Shown: positions 1-14,329, numbered from the stretch's first letter. The stretch: DNA of 64,000 nucleotides from a bacterium (GCA_965221165.1 CBDCRP010000003.1:1856001-1920000), one strand, 5' to 3'. Numbers and translations are program-made. Notes: generated from the letters alone by a model not told the origin.

Positions 1-1
1 T

Positions 2-1561
2 TCCACCACGATACGCGAATCGAGAAATTTCGCCGTCATCATTTTGAACCCCAACGGACAGTCCATCGCCCAGGCCAGGTCCACCATGCCCAGCTTCGTG
101 GGTGCGCTGCCGATTACGGCCAAAAAACTTTTGCAGATTTTCCCGCAGGAAACGCTCGTGCCCGATGACCTCATCCTCACGAACGACCCCTGGATGGGAA
201 CCGGCCATCTTCAAGACCTTACTTCTCTCACACCCGTGTTCTACAAATCGAAGCTGGTCGCCCTCATCGGCATCACCACCCAGGTGACGGACATGGGAGG
301 GAAACTCAGATCCCCGGAAGTGCGTGAAATTTACGAAGAAGGCCTCCAGCTTCCGCCTTGCAAGTACATGGCGGCGGGTAAAATCAACGAAGATATCCTG
401 CGCATCGTCAGAAACAACGTGCGCGTGCCGAACCAGGTGGAGGGAGATTTGATCTCCCACATGTCTGCCGGAAGACTCGCCGCCAAGCGCATCAGCGAGA
501 TGCTCGAAGAATACAAACTCGCCGACCTCGATGCACCGTCCAACACGATCTTCCAGCGTTCTGAAAACGCCATGCGCGAGGCCATCAAGAAAGTGGAAGA
601 CGGGGAATACCGCTTTCAGGTATCCACCGACGGGTATGATGAACCGCTCGTCATCCGCGTAGAAGTCAAGGTTCGCGGCAGCAGCATTCTGGTGGATTAT
701 ACGGGCTCATCCCCACAGGTGGACCGCGGACTGAATTCCGTTTTGAACTACGTATATTCCTATTCCGCCTATTCGCTCAAATGCCTGTTCTGTCCGCAGA
801 TTCCCAACAACGAGGGCAACTTCCGGCCCGTGACGGTATCGGCCCCTGAGGGCAGCATACTGAATCCGCGCTATCCAGCGCCCGTGAACGGCCGCTCCAT
901 GGTGGGGCATTTCATCCCTTCGGCAATTTTCGGCGCGCTGTGCAAAGCGGTTCCCAATCTCGTGCAAGCGGCCAGCGGCAGCCCCACGTGGGCCATTAAC
1001 GCGGCGGGCATCACGAAGGAAAACAGGCGCTTCGCCGGCAACTTCTTCCTGCATGGCGGACAAGGCGCTACGGATAGGCACGATGGGCGGGTATGTCTCG
1101 ATTTCCCATCGAACACCTCGAATACGCCTATCGAAATTCTCGAGCATCTCGTGCCCTTGCTCGTGGAGAGAAAAGCATCCATCAGAGACAGCGGCGGCGC
1201 GGGCAAATACGCCGGTGGAAACGGCCAGCAGGTGATCGTGAAATCGCTCTCCGAAGGGCCGATTCTCCTCACCTTCATGAGCGAGCGAACCCGACACCCC
1301 GCATATGGTTTGTTCGGCGGGAAAAACGGACGCGTCGGCAAAGTGACCCTGAACGGACGACCCATCAACCCCAAGCGCCAATGGATGATGAACCAAAGCG
1401 ACAGACTCGTGTTGGAAGTACCGAGCGGTGGCGGCTACGGCGATCCGAAAGACCGCTCCTTCTACTCCATCGAGCACGACTTGCTAGAGGGGCTGCTTTC
1501 GATTCAAAAAGCCAGAAGCGAATACAACTATGATGGTGATTTCACCGCCGTGGACATGTAG
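2..1561 (+). CDS. Hydantoinase B/oxoprolinase family protein (5' truncated by the window edge)
   Basis: Frame is open from position 2 (STTIRESRNFAV); motifs TNDPWMGTGHLQD, EIYEEGLQLPP, DSGGAGKYAGG, PSGGGYGDP. Confidence 0.9.
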   Translation, partial: STTIRESRNFAVIILNPNGQSIAQARSTMPSFVGALPITAKKLLQIFPQETLVPDDLILTNDPWMGTGHLQDLTSLTPVFYKSKLVALIGITTQVTDMGGKLRSPEVREIYEEGLQLPPCKYMAAGKINEDILRIVRNNVRVPNQVEGDLISHMSAGRLAAKRISEMLEEYKLADLDAPSNTIFQRSENAMREAIKKVEDGEYRFQVSTDGYDEPLVIRVEVKVRGSSILVDYTGSSPQVDRGLNSVLNYVYSYSAYSLKCLFCPQIPNNEGNFRPVTVSAPEGSILNPRYPAPVNGRSMVGHFIPSAIFGALCKAVPNLVQAASGSPTWAINAAGITKENRRFAGNFFLHGGQGATDRHDGRVCLDFPSNTSNTPIEILEHLVPLLVERKASIRDSGGAGKYAGGNGQQVIVKSLSEGPILLTFMSERTRHPAYGLFGGKNGRVGKVTLNGRPINPKRQWMMNQSDRLVLEVPSGGGYGDPKDRSFYSIEHDLLEGLLSIQKARSEYNYDGDFTAVDM

Positions 1562-1569
1562 TTTGCCTG

Positions 1570-2574
1570 ATGCCTTCCAGAAAACGATGGGCCGCCGTCA
1601 CCTCCACATCTGATTTTCCAGTCGCCATGGCGTCCGTGAAAAAGGCGATGGCCGGCGTCGCGCCCGTCCGCACCGTGGCGCTGCCCTTCAAGCCTTTGGA
1701 CAAAGAAGAAGAGGCTGTCTTCGCCGAGAAACTGAAAGGGGCGCAAGGGGTTCTGCTGCGCCCGGGCTACATCACCGCGTCCTTGCTCACGCTGTTGCCG
1801 GACTTGCGCGTGGTGGCCGTACATGGCGCAGGCGTGGATCAGGTCGACGTGGACGCCTGCACGGAACACGGCGTACTCGTCACCAACACGCCGGGTGCGA
1901 ACGCGAACGCCGTGGCCGAACTGACCCTCGGTTTAATGCTCTCCGTGGCCAGACGCATTCCCCAGGCGGCTTCCCGCGTGGGCGGGGAGCGGGTATGGGG
2001 AGAGGCGCGCCACACAGGTGTCGAACTTCAGGGTAAAACGCTGGGCTTAATCGGCATCGGGCAGGTGGGGGGCAAGCTTACGAAAATGGCGGGCGCGATG
2101 GGCATGAAGGTCCTCGCCCACGACCCGGGCCTCACGAGCGAAGAAATCAAGGCCCGCGGAGCGAGACCCTCACGGATTGACACCCTGCTGGGCCGGGCCG
2201 ACTTCGTCTCCCTTCATGCGCCGCTCACGCCCAAGACCCATCACCTGATCGATAAGCAGGCGATCTCGAAAATGAAAAAGGGAGCCTTTCTCGTCAACGC
2301 CGCCAGAGGCCCGCTGGTGGATGAGGCGGCGCTGGCGCATGCGCTCAAGAGCGGCAAAATCGGCGGGGCGGCCCTCGACGTGCTCGAAGGGGAGCCGCCG
2401 CATCCCGAAAGCGCCATCTTCGGTGCGCCCAACCTCATTCTCACCCCGCACATGGCGGGTTCCACCAAGGAGTGTCTCGAAGCCATCGCCACCCGGGCGG
2501 GGGAGGATATCGCCCGCGTCCTGAGCGGCAAGAAGCCGAAGTATCCGGTGAACAAGCCCGGGAAAACCGCTTGA
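1570..2574 (+). CDS. D-isomer-specific 2-hydroxyacid dehydrogenase (SerA catalytic-domain-like)
   Basis: GAGVDQVD, TNTPGANA, GLIGIGQVG Rossmann motif, VNAARGPLVDE, LTPHMAG; no ACT domain. Confidence 0.9.
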   Translation: MPSRKRWAAVTSTSDFPVAMASVKKAMAGVAPVRTVALPFKPLDKEEEAVFAEKLKGAQGVLLRPGYITASLLTLLPDLRVVAVHGAGVDQVDVDACTEHGVLVTNTPGANANAVAELTLGLMLSVARRIPQAASRVGGERVWGEARHTGVELQGKTLGLIGIGQVGGKLTKMAGAMGMKVLAHDPGLTSEEIKARGARPSRIDTLLGRADFVSLHAPLTPKTHHLIDKQAISKMKKGAFLVNAARGPLVDEAALAHALKSGKIGGAALDVLEGEPPHPESAIFGAPNLILTPHMAGSTKECLEAIATRAGEDIARVLSGKKPKYPVNKPGKTA

Positions 2575-2629
2575 GCCGCCTCGCGAAAACCGCCTGAGCC
2601 CACCTCGCGCCATTTCGGCTGAAAAACAA

Positions 2630-2717
2630 CGTAACTCATTATATTTCAACAATATAAATTTTCAGATATTTTCAGGTATTTTCCCCTTTTTTCACCTTTT
2701 TTTACTTATTTTCACCA
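2630..2717. repeat. AT-rich phased T-tract element, copy 1
   Basis: Shares TAAATTTTCAGATATTTT and TATTTTCACCA with 56690-56762; T-runs recur about every 10 nt. Confidence 0.6.
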
Positions 2718-3003
2718 TGCTGGAGAAGGCGGACGCACCCCCCGGACACCCCCGGCCCGGCGGAACGCCCCGAACGGCGGGTACGGAAAATGCGGGGAAA
2801 TGCGCGCTTCGCCGATACCGGGCATTGCGGAGAACGCGGCGGGGCACCGAACTTCGCGAAAACACCAAACGACGAGTTTATCCCGTCTGTCTAGCCCCGG
2901 ACGTTTTATGGTGGATGGCATTCGCCCTCCGCGCATGAAGACCCGCGCGGCGGAGCATCCGAAACCGAACTCCGCGAAAGCGCCCGAGCGGACTCAGGCC
3001 CCT

Positions 3004-5529
3004 TCAAGGCCCGAAGGTGTATTTGGCGTTTAAGAACAGCGTGCGCCCCTGGGCGGAGGCGAACGTGAGGTCCGGGACGTCATCGGCGATGGACGGCCCG
3101 CGATCGGCGATGTTCAAGACGCCGCCGATGAGCTCCAGCTCGCGAAAGCCGAACGCCTCGCGCCAGCGCAGCGTGACGTCGTGCCCTGCCCACTGTCCGT
3201 AGCGGGCGGTTCTATCCGTATTCCAATACCCCGAAACCCCGTAAACGCTCCAGTTCGCCGTCACGCTGCCCCTGCGGGCGCGCATGGAGACGTGGACGCG
3301 GTCGCGCGGGTAGTCCCCCGGAACCTTCTGGCCGGCCGCCCGAGTTTCGTCTTCGGTCACGCGCGACCAGCGCATGTCGAAGGCCACGTCTCCGAAATCG
3401 GTCTTCCAGTCGAGGCGCGCCCGCAAGTCGACCCCTTCGACGTCGGTTTCCCCGATGTTGGCCCAGGAACCCTCGATCCGCCGGAGGAGGTTTCCATCGC
3501 GCACCACCCGCTCGCCGGCGGGCAACTGCCCTTTCGTCTCCAAATCAATGATGTGCTGCGCCAGCCATCGCGTCGGCACTTCGGAGAGATTGATCCGGAA
3601 CCAGTCCAGACTTAACGAAAAAGGCCCCAGGCTCGCCGCCGCGCCGATGCCCAGGCTCTTCGCCTCGTCCGGCTCGAGTTCGGGGTTTCCGCTGCTCAAA
3701 CGCTCCACCTGCGTTCTGTCGCAATCGACGATATCGCCGGTGTGCGTCGTCACGTCGCACACGTATGGGTAGTCGATCGATTGACCACGCAAGCCCAGAA
3801 CACTCAGATCTGGCGGTTTGCCGCCCGTCCCCCAGGATGCGCGGAGCGCGAGGTTTTTGTTCGGCCGGTAGCGGCTCGCGACTTGACCGGAAAACGTCGC
3901 GCCGACGTCGTCGTGGTCGTCATGCCGCCCGGCGAGAGTAACGTCCCAACCCTTGATCAGAGGCAGAGAGACTTCCGCGAAGGCCGAGAAGGTCTGCCGG
4001 TCGCCGACCGACGAACTCCCTCCGGAGCCGAGCACGTCGGTCGGGTCGTAGGAGCGGCGGTTCATATCCCGATAATCATGGATGCTTTTCCAGTCTTGGG
4101 AGGCGACTTCGGCGCCCACCGCCCACAGAACGTTGCCGCCCGGGAGCGGGAAGGCCTTGCCGTTGAACGAGACCCGCGCCGCCGTGTATTCGGCAACCTG
4201 CTCATGCTCGAGCACGAGGCTGGTCTCCCGAACCGCCGCCAGATGGTCGGAGTCGGTCGAAAACGGGTTTTCGACGTCGTAGCGTCCATCGCCAATCACT
4301 CCGGCGATTGCGCTCTCGCTCACGAACGTATTCCCGTTCACGACCGCGTCGTGCAAGTAGTAGCGAACGTGCGCGTCGTAGCCGACCTCGCCCAATTTGC
4401 CCCGTAAGCCGAGTGTAACGTCGCGCTCCTCGACGTCCGTCACCCATTCGCGGTTGCCGTGGCCGACGAACCGATGGGCCACGATTATCTCATCGGGAAG
4501 AGCGTCGATCTCTGGGTCCTGAAGCAGCTTCTCTCTGAGCGACTGCGGGGGGGCGAAGGCGAAGGTGCCGACCGAGGGAGCATACCGGCTCCTGCTTTCA
4601 CTTCGCGCGGCGCGGGCGTCGAGATAGACATCGGCGCTCTCGCCGAGTGGGTGCTCGGCGCTCAGGAACAGGCCCTCACGGGCGAGACGCTCCCAACCAT
4701 CATGCCATTTGACGGCGGTGTAATCGAAACCACACCCTACGCCCGGATGGTTGCGAGGGTTGGTGAGCCCGGCCACGTAGCCGCTTCCCTCGCAGGCGCC
4801 GAGAGGACGTGCGATGGTGCTTCCACCCGGAGGAGTGATGAAGGCGGTATTACCGCCCACCGAAATCTCCCGCGAGTCGGCGAACGAGCCGCCCGGCGTC
4901 CACGAACCGCGTGAATACTCCCTGTCGGCGTCGCGTATCTCCTCTCGCCGGACGACGTCGAGACCGACCACTACGCGCCCGCGCCCGAGCGCGCCTCCCC
5001 ACACGAAGCTGCCCTGTTCGGAATCACCTCCCGCCTGCCCCGGCCGCGCCGCGCCGGCCCCGACTTCGATGCCCTTGAAGTCGCGCCTGAGCACGATGTT
5101 GATCGCCCCGCCCACGGCGTGGCCGCCGTGTATGGAGGCGGCGTTGTCGCTCAGTATCTCGATCCGCTCCACCGCCGATAAGGGAAACGCTTCGGCGTCG
5201 AAGCCCGCATAGGATGCGCGGCGTCCGTTGATGAGAAACACGAGGCGGCCGGCTCCCGCGACGAAAGGCCGGTAGAGGCCGAAGCTGTTGAACACCACGC
5301 GGCTCAGCAGCAGGTCCCGCACGTTCTGGGCGCCCGAGAGTTCGATGTCGCGCCGCGTAATGACGGCGACGGGGCGCGGGGTCTCCGGCGCGGGGCGGGG
5401 AATGTGCCCGGCCACCGACGCGCCTGCGCCCTTCTCCTGGGCGGCGGCGTCTCTCGCCCCTGCAAGGAAAATCGCCAGAAAAAGCGCCGGAAGGATTGCG
5501 TGAACGCTTTGTTTGCGGGTCGTGCGCAT
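3004..5529 (-). CDS. TonB-dependent receptor
   Basis: Signal peptide; plug motifs VAVITRRDIELSG, LINGRR, PLSAVERIEIL, AVGGAINIVL; barrel motif GNPELEPDEA; C-terminal GRTLFLNAKYTF; start placed at ATG 5529 after GGAGG. Confidence 0.9.
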   Translation of the reverse strand: MRTTRKQSVHAILPALFLAIFLAGARDAAAQEKGAGASVAGHIPRPAPETPRPVAVITRRDIELSGAQNVRDLLLSRVVFNSFGLYRPFVAGAGRLVFLINGRRASYAGFDAEAFPLSAVERIEILSDNAASIHGGHAVGGAINIVLRRDFKGIEVGAGAARPGQAGGDSEQGSFVWGGALGRGRVVVGLDVVRREEIRDADREYSRGSWTPGGSFADSREISVGGNTAFITPPGGSTIARPLGACEGSGYVAGLTNPRNHPGVGCGFDYTAVKWHDGWERLAREGLFLSAEHPLGESADVYLDARAARSESRSRYAPSVGTFAFAPPQSLREKLLQDPEIDALPDEIIVAHRFVGHGNREWVTDVEERDVTLGLRGKLGEVGYDAHVRYYLHDAVVNGNTFVSESAIAGVIGDGRYDVENPFSTDSDHLAAVRETSLVLEHEQVAEYTAARVSFNGKAFPLPGGNVLWAVGAEVASQDWKSIHDYRDMNRRSYDPTDVLGSGGSSSVGDRQTFSAFAEVSLPLIKGWDVTLAGRHDDHDDVGATFSGQVASRYRPNKNLALRASWGTGGKPPDLSVLGLRGQSIDYPYVCDVTTHTGDIVDCDRTQVERLSSGNPELEPDEAKSLGIGAAASLGPFSLSLDWFRINLSEVPTRWLAQHIIDLETKGQLPAGERVVRDGNLLRRIEGSWANIGETDVEGVDLRARLDWKTDFGDVAFDMRWSRVTEDETRAAGQKVPGDYPRDRVHVSMRARRGSVTANWSVYGVSGYWNTDRTARYGQWAGHDVTLRWREAFGFRELELIGGVLNIADRGPSIADDVPDLTFASAQGRTLFLNAKYTFGP

Positions 5530-5701
5530 GGGGAACCTCCTCGTGTAGGTTTCCGGGCCATGTGGCAACTGGGCTATGGATCATTGGTAAGAGCGAATCG
5601 CAATATTGCCAATTTTTTTTCGGCAGATCAAAAGTGAACGCATTCCTCAAGGGGGCGAAGACGGGGGACATTCCCGATTCGATGAGGGTGGGAAAGACGT
5701 A

Positions 5702-5729
5702 GTAGGGGCGGTTCGCGAACCGCCCCTAC
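5702..5729. repeat. GTAG-type REP palindrome
   Basis: Perfect 28-nt palindrome GTAGGGGCGGTTCGCGAACCGCCCCTAC. Confidence 0.8.
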
Positions 5730-5825
5730 ATTATCGGTATGAAAGACAAACGGGGTTGATCTCCCCCTCCTCGGGGAAGATCAACCTCCTGGGGATTGTC
5801 ATGCGGCGAGACGAATGATTCAAAC

Positions 5826-6383
5826 TCACTCCGAAAAATAGCGCTCCATCCACTGCTCGACGTCGAAGCTCCACATCTGGACGCCTTCTTCGCGGAAAAT
5901 GCTCTGAAACACCGGCTTCGCCTCTCCGGGCTTGATGACCCGAAAGCCCCAGCGCACCTCATAATTCGCATCGCCTACGTCATCTCCCTCGTCCGGCTCA
6001 CCATCCCTGTCGCCGCCGCTCACGAGCACGAATCTGGTGAACCGCCTCGAGAGAAAAGAGTGCTCATCGATCAAGTCGTATTCTATATGGACGATGTAGT
6101 CGGGCTTTTTCAGAGGCTCGCCAGCCTTGTTCATCTCAACGCAGCGAAATCGGGAGGTGAACGACAAACCCTTGCAGGCGGCTTCGCGCACCTCGAAATC
6201 CTCGGGGGCGAGGGACGAAGGCACGTGATAATCGGTGGGAACCAGCCTGGCCTGAACGGCCACCAGATAACCTTTCTTCGGCTGGGCGCGGGTGATCCGC
6301 TGAAACGGGGAATCGCTGAGCTCGAAACTTCCGCATCCGCTCAGGAAAACCAACATGGACAGGCAAAAGGCAAGACGTTTCAT
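5826..6383 (-). CDS. Hypothetical lipoprotein
   Basis: MKRLAFCLSMLVFLSG-C lipobox; RBS AAGGA; abuts the upstream DUF309 gene. Confidence 0.65.
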   Translation of the reverse strand: MKRLAFCLSMLVFLSGCGSFELSDSPFQRITRAQPKKGYLVAVQARLVPTDYHVPSSLAPEDFEVREAACKGLSFTSRFRCVEMNKAGEPLKKPDYIVHIEYDLIDEHSFLSRRFTRFVLVSGGDRDGEPDEGDDVGDANYEVRWGFRVIKPGEAKPVFQSIFREEGVQMWSFDVEQWMERYFSE

Positions 6384-6384
6384 C

Positions 6385-6819
6385 TCACATCCTTTGGCCG
6401 GCGGCTAGGGAAACTTTTTTCTGCTGCGCGTCGTTCACATATTCAATCTTCGGCCATAAATCCCAAGCGCGGGCGAGCACGCGCGCCTCGCCCTGATCCA
6501 GCAGGCTCACCCGCACCCCGCGCGATTGGTTCACGAGTTTTTTATAAAGGATCGGCACGTCGAGATCGCCGACGGCCTCATCCACCTCCCGGAAGCGCTC
6601 GAGGCCCTTCTTCAGATTGGCGAGCGCGCCCTTGTAGTGGCGCTGCTGGAGCTTCACGTAGCCCGCGGCGATCTGAATCAGCCCCTGGTAGAATTTCTTG
6701 GGCGTAGGCTCGGCGTTCATCCAGATGCCCTCCCACGCCTCGTGCGCGCACCAGTATTCCCCCTGATTGAACAGGAAAACGCCCGCGTCGCTGCGCGCCT
6801 CCCAGGGGATGGGGAACAA
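6385..6819 (-). CDS. DUF309 domain protein
   Basis: LFNQGEYWCAHEAWEGIW...YQGLIQIAAG signature; TTG start after GGAGG. Confidence 0.85.
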   Translation of the reverse strand: MFPIPWEARSDAGVFLFNQGEYWCAHEAWEGIWMNAEPTPKKFYQGLIQIAAGYVKLQQRHYKGALANLKKGLERFREVDEAVGDLDVPILYKKLVNQSRGVRVSLLDQGEARVLARAWDLWPKIEYVNDAQQKKVSLAAGQRM

Positions 6820-7063
6820 TTTCTATCCTCCGCGAAAAGAGAGGTTTCTCCTGACTCGCCGAAAGCCTCGCGCCTCCGAACTCCATGAAAGCAACCCTTG
6901 ATGCGGACGATGCGCCCGGCCACCGGAGGCGACGCCCTTCTCTATAAGATAAACCCCTTTGCGCGAGGGCGCTACAAAAATCATCCATTATTCCCGAACT
7001 TCAAGAGCCGCCGCGTCATTACAGACCCGGGGGGCAAAGGCGGCAGGAGAGGGGTAGATTGCT

Positions 7064-7093
7064 GTAGGGGCGGACCTGTGTGTCCGCCCTTAC
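7064..7093. repeat. GTAG-type REP (left flank of mrr)
   Basis: GTAGGGGCGGACCTGTGTGTCCGCCC; 25/26 identical to the reverse complement of 8187-8212. Confidence 0.8.
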
Positions 7094-7125
7094 GGAAAAG
7101 GCGCTACCAAGAGCTTAGCGCTATC

Positions 7126-7986
7126 TTACAGAGAGGAGAAAAATTTCTCATCCGGCGTGATGACCTCGACGGACTCTGTCTTTACGCCGAGTTCTAATTT
7201 CTTCAGCAAATTACAGAGTTCAAGGCCATCGATAAGGTCGATGGCCGGGGCCCCGTCTCGAACCGCCTCCCGCTCCGCTTCTTTTGTGAATCTTCCCGTA
7301 GTGATAAACAACCCTTTGTCCGCGCGGCCAACCATCGCGCCCCTGAAATCGCGAATCGCACTCGCTCCAACCGACTCTGTGTATCTTTTGCATTGGAATC
7401 GAACATGAAACGAAATAAGATTGACGCGCAAGACGCCGGCGCCATCAATACCGCCATCACCAGACCTTCCCGTGACTTCCACTTTCGTGAAGCCCGCCTC
7501 GCGAAGCACACGCTGGCAAAGTCGTTCAAAAGCACCGGGATCAATAGCACGAACGATGTCGAGAAGCTCTTCTCGCCAATCCGATTCAGTCAAGCCTACA
7601 TCTTCGGCATCACCCACATCCGCCGATACGGCAAGAGCCGCCTTTCGAGCGTTGTACGCTTTAACCCACTCTCGGACAAGAGTACGCGCTTCATTGCCGT
7701 CCTGAATTTGACGACCCAGTTCCGTGATCGTCCAAACACCCCTGGATGTGTTCTCAACCGCGCCAATCAGTTTGAGGTCCGTACGCGCCCATGCAGAGCG
7801 ATATTCAACCTCGGATTGAGTGCCATTTTCTTTATGTGAAACGTCCAGAATTTCATCGGATAGTTCCATATCCGATACAATCTGCTCCGAGAGTTCCTGA
7901 ATAGAAGCGGAACCTCCTTTCGCTTCCAAGGCCTTGAGGGTAGGCCAAAGCAAGTCTTCGCGTTTCGGAATCTGTTGTTCTGCTAT
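7126..7986 (-). CDS. mrr: Mrr-family (type IV) restriction endonuclease
   Basis: Mrr N-terminal IPKREDLLWPTLKAL...RSAWARTDLK; catalytic GRSGDGGIDG...FQCKRY, KGLFITTGRFT, IDLIDG; SD AGAAAGGA precedes an ATA codon at 7986 (nearest TTG at 7953). Confidence 0.9.
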   Translation of the reverse strand: MAEQQIPKREDLLWPTLKALEAKGGSASIQELSEQIVSDMELSDEILDVSHKENGTQSEVEYRSAWARTDLKLIGAVENTSRGVWTITELGRQIQDGNEARTLVREWVKAYNARKAALAVSADVGDAEDVGLTESDWREELLDIVRAIDPGAFERLCQRVLREAGFTKVEVTGRSGDGGIDGAGVLRVNLISFHVRFQCKRYTESVGASAIRDFRGAMVGRADKGLFITTGRFTKEAEREAVRDGAPAIDLIDGLELCNLLKKLELGVKTESVEVITPDEKFFSSL

Positions 7987-8060
7987 ACGTTATCCTTTCT
8001 ATTCGTGCTTCACTCCGTACATGGTCATCTTGAGACGTAGGTTAATAAACGCTGTCAGGT

Positions 8061-8088
8061 TTGGATTCCGGCATTCGCCGGATTGACG
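8061..8088 (-). repeat. CGTC-type REP palindrome
   Basis: Reverse complement CGTCAATCCGGCGAATGCCGGAATCCAA resembles 56994-57021. Confidence 0.65.
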
Positions 8089-8143
8089 GACGGAATCATT
8101 CCAGACCTATAAGAGGAGGTCAATCTCGACCGAGGAAGGATGC

Positions 8144-8212
8144 GTAGCGGGCGGTTCGAGAACCACTCGCCGGGTCGAGAGAAACCGGGCGGACACACGG
8201 GTCCGCCCCTAC
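8144..8212. repeat. GTAG-type REP doublet
   Basis: GTAGCGGGCGGTTCGAGAACCACTCGC (8144-8170) and GGGCGGACACACGGGTCCGCCCCTAC (8187-8212). Confidence 0.75.
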
Positions 8213-8254
8213 GGAACCATCACGCCCCGAGGCGGCGCCTGCGATTCGAGACGC

Positions 8255-8290
8255 AAAAAACCCCGCCGGCGCGTACACCGGCGGGGTTTT
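8255..8290 (-). terminator. rrn operon intrinsic terminator
   Basis: AAAAAA-CCCCGCCGG...CCGGCGGGG-TTTT immediately downstream of 5S. Confidence 0.8.
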
Positions 8291-8298
8291 GATTCATA

Positions 8299-8414
8299 TT
8301 CCGGCAACGACCCACTCTCCCACGGAAAGGACCGCAGTACCATAGGCGCTGGTGGGCTTAACTGCCGTGTTCGGGATGGGAACGGGTGTGGCCCCGCCGC
8401 TATAGCCACCGGAA
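8299..8414 (-). rRNA. rrf: 5S rRNA
   Basis: Reverse complement of conserved 5S sequence (CTTAACTGCCGTGTTCGGGATGGGAACGGGTG); ends approximate. Confidence 0.95.
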
Positions 8415-8514
8415 ATTCTCTGAAAATTCCGACAATCAAATCGCGTGGTTGGCGTCATTAAGTTCTTGCTGCTACCCGGCTGAAAACCGATGAAAGATTC
8501 GACGATAATTTCAA

Positions 8515-11511
<2,997 letters not shown>

Positions 11512-11666
11512 GAATCTTGAGATTTCGGATTCTCAGCCAATACTGAGAGCCTTAATGATTATGCCAATTCACGCGATTCGATTGTCAAAGAGCAAAAGGC
11601 GGAAGAAACTCCCGCCCAAATTGCTGAAGAATTGAAATTCGCCGCTACGGGCGCCGCCGGATCGGA

Positions 11667-11742
11667 TGGTGGAGATGAGCGGGCTCGAACCGCCGACCTC
11701 CTGGTTGCAAACCAGGCGCTCTCCCGACTGAGCTACATCCCC
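11667..11742 (-). tRNA. tRNA-Ala(TGC)
   Basis: 76 nt, GGGGATGTAGCTCAG...TTGCAA anticodon loop...CCACCA. Confidence 0.95.
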
Positions 11743-11867
11743 ATACTGAAATCCGTTTCAGGGACCGGCCCGCGACGATGAGCCTGCGCGGTTCCACTCA
11801 ACGGTTCATCCACGCCGTCACTTCCCGGCGCCTCATGCTATGCGTTTCATCCCCATCCATTCTGGTA

Positions 11868-11944
11868 TGGTGGGCCTACCTGGATTTGAACCAGGGACCT
11901 CGCGCTTATCAGGCGCGCGCTCTGACCAACTGAGCTATAGGCCC
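11868..11944 (-). tRNA. tRNA-Ile(GAT)
   Basis: 77 nt, GGGCCTATAGCTCAG...CTGATAA anticodon loop...CCCACCA. Confidence 0.95.
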
Positions 11945-12265
11945 GCGACCTCGCCCGCGCGGCCTGAAAATCAGGTGCTCGCGCCGAGCTTCACCCAGGC
12001 ATTCAGCCGAAATTCACAAATCCTTGAATTCGGAATAATCCGCATACCCGCTGTGGCGTTATTCTTAAGAACAGGATATGGACGGCCCGAGACGGGCCAT
12101 CGACCTTGAAGCGCCGATTCGTCTTGCAATCATCCTGCGATACGCCAAAGGCGTAAGGCGGCGTCGCACGATCCTCAGGCAAGAAAGCGACCCGCGTCAT
12201 CGGATGACGACAACGGCCTCTCGCTATCTCCCCTCCCGTGCTTTTTGAAAACGAATCATTCAGCA

Positions 12266-13822
<1,557 letters not shown>

Positions 13823-13946
13823 TGATATTTCTGATCCAAAGAGAAAAACACCAAACCGGTTTCCCGGCAGGCTTCCCATCCCTTTGGGTTCAATCGGGAA
13901 TTGTACTACTAGAGCCCGTTCAGGTCCGTCACATATCCTATTCTTT

Positions 13947-13958
13947 TTTCAAAGAGCA
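13947..13958 (-). promoter_or_regulatory. rrn leader boxA antitermination site
   Basis: TGCTCTTTGAAA on the minus strand; second copy TGCTCTTTGACA in the spacer at about 11583-11594. Confidence 0.7.
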
Positions 13959-13986
13959 GTTCTTCTCGAAACAAGAAGGAAAACTT

Positions 13987-14016
13987 AGAATATCAATGGT
14001 TGGCAACTCGTGTCAA
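13987..14016 (-). promoter_or_regulatory. rrn P2-like sigma70 promoter
   Basis: TTGACA-18 nt-TATTCT with TGn extended -10. Confidence 0.6.
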
Positions 14017-14170
14017 CCAAAAACTCTTGAATACATGCCAAGAAAAAAGCCGTTCAGCGAGCCCTTTCCCACCCGGGAGAAGCTCCTGAACCGCTTGCCG
14101 CCGTGGGCCATGAAGCCCGCCGGGGCCTGCGCATATCGCTTGAAGTTTTCTTGTCTTTCCAGGCTGGCGA

Positions 14171-14199
14171 ACTATAGTGTTTTCAAATGGCTTTGTCAA
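14171..14199 (-). promoter_or_regulatory. rrn P1-like sigma70 promoter
   Basis: TTGACA-17 nt-TATAGT with A/T-tract UP-like region upstream (14200-14280). Confidence 0.8.
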
Positions 14200-14329
14200 A
14201 GAAAAAATTTATCTTTTTGCGCTTTTTTTCAAGTACCCGAAAAACCTTGCATGTATTTGTTTTTATTGAATTTTTTCTTTCTACTCAAACCGTAGGCCCG
14301 GGAAGAGAGAAAATCACCCCGAATTTTTT

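Noticed and set aside
5796-6707. 303-aa plus-strand ORF
   Set aside because: Antisense to the lipoprotein and DUF309 genes, which have clear motifs and RBSs
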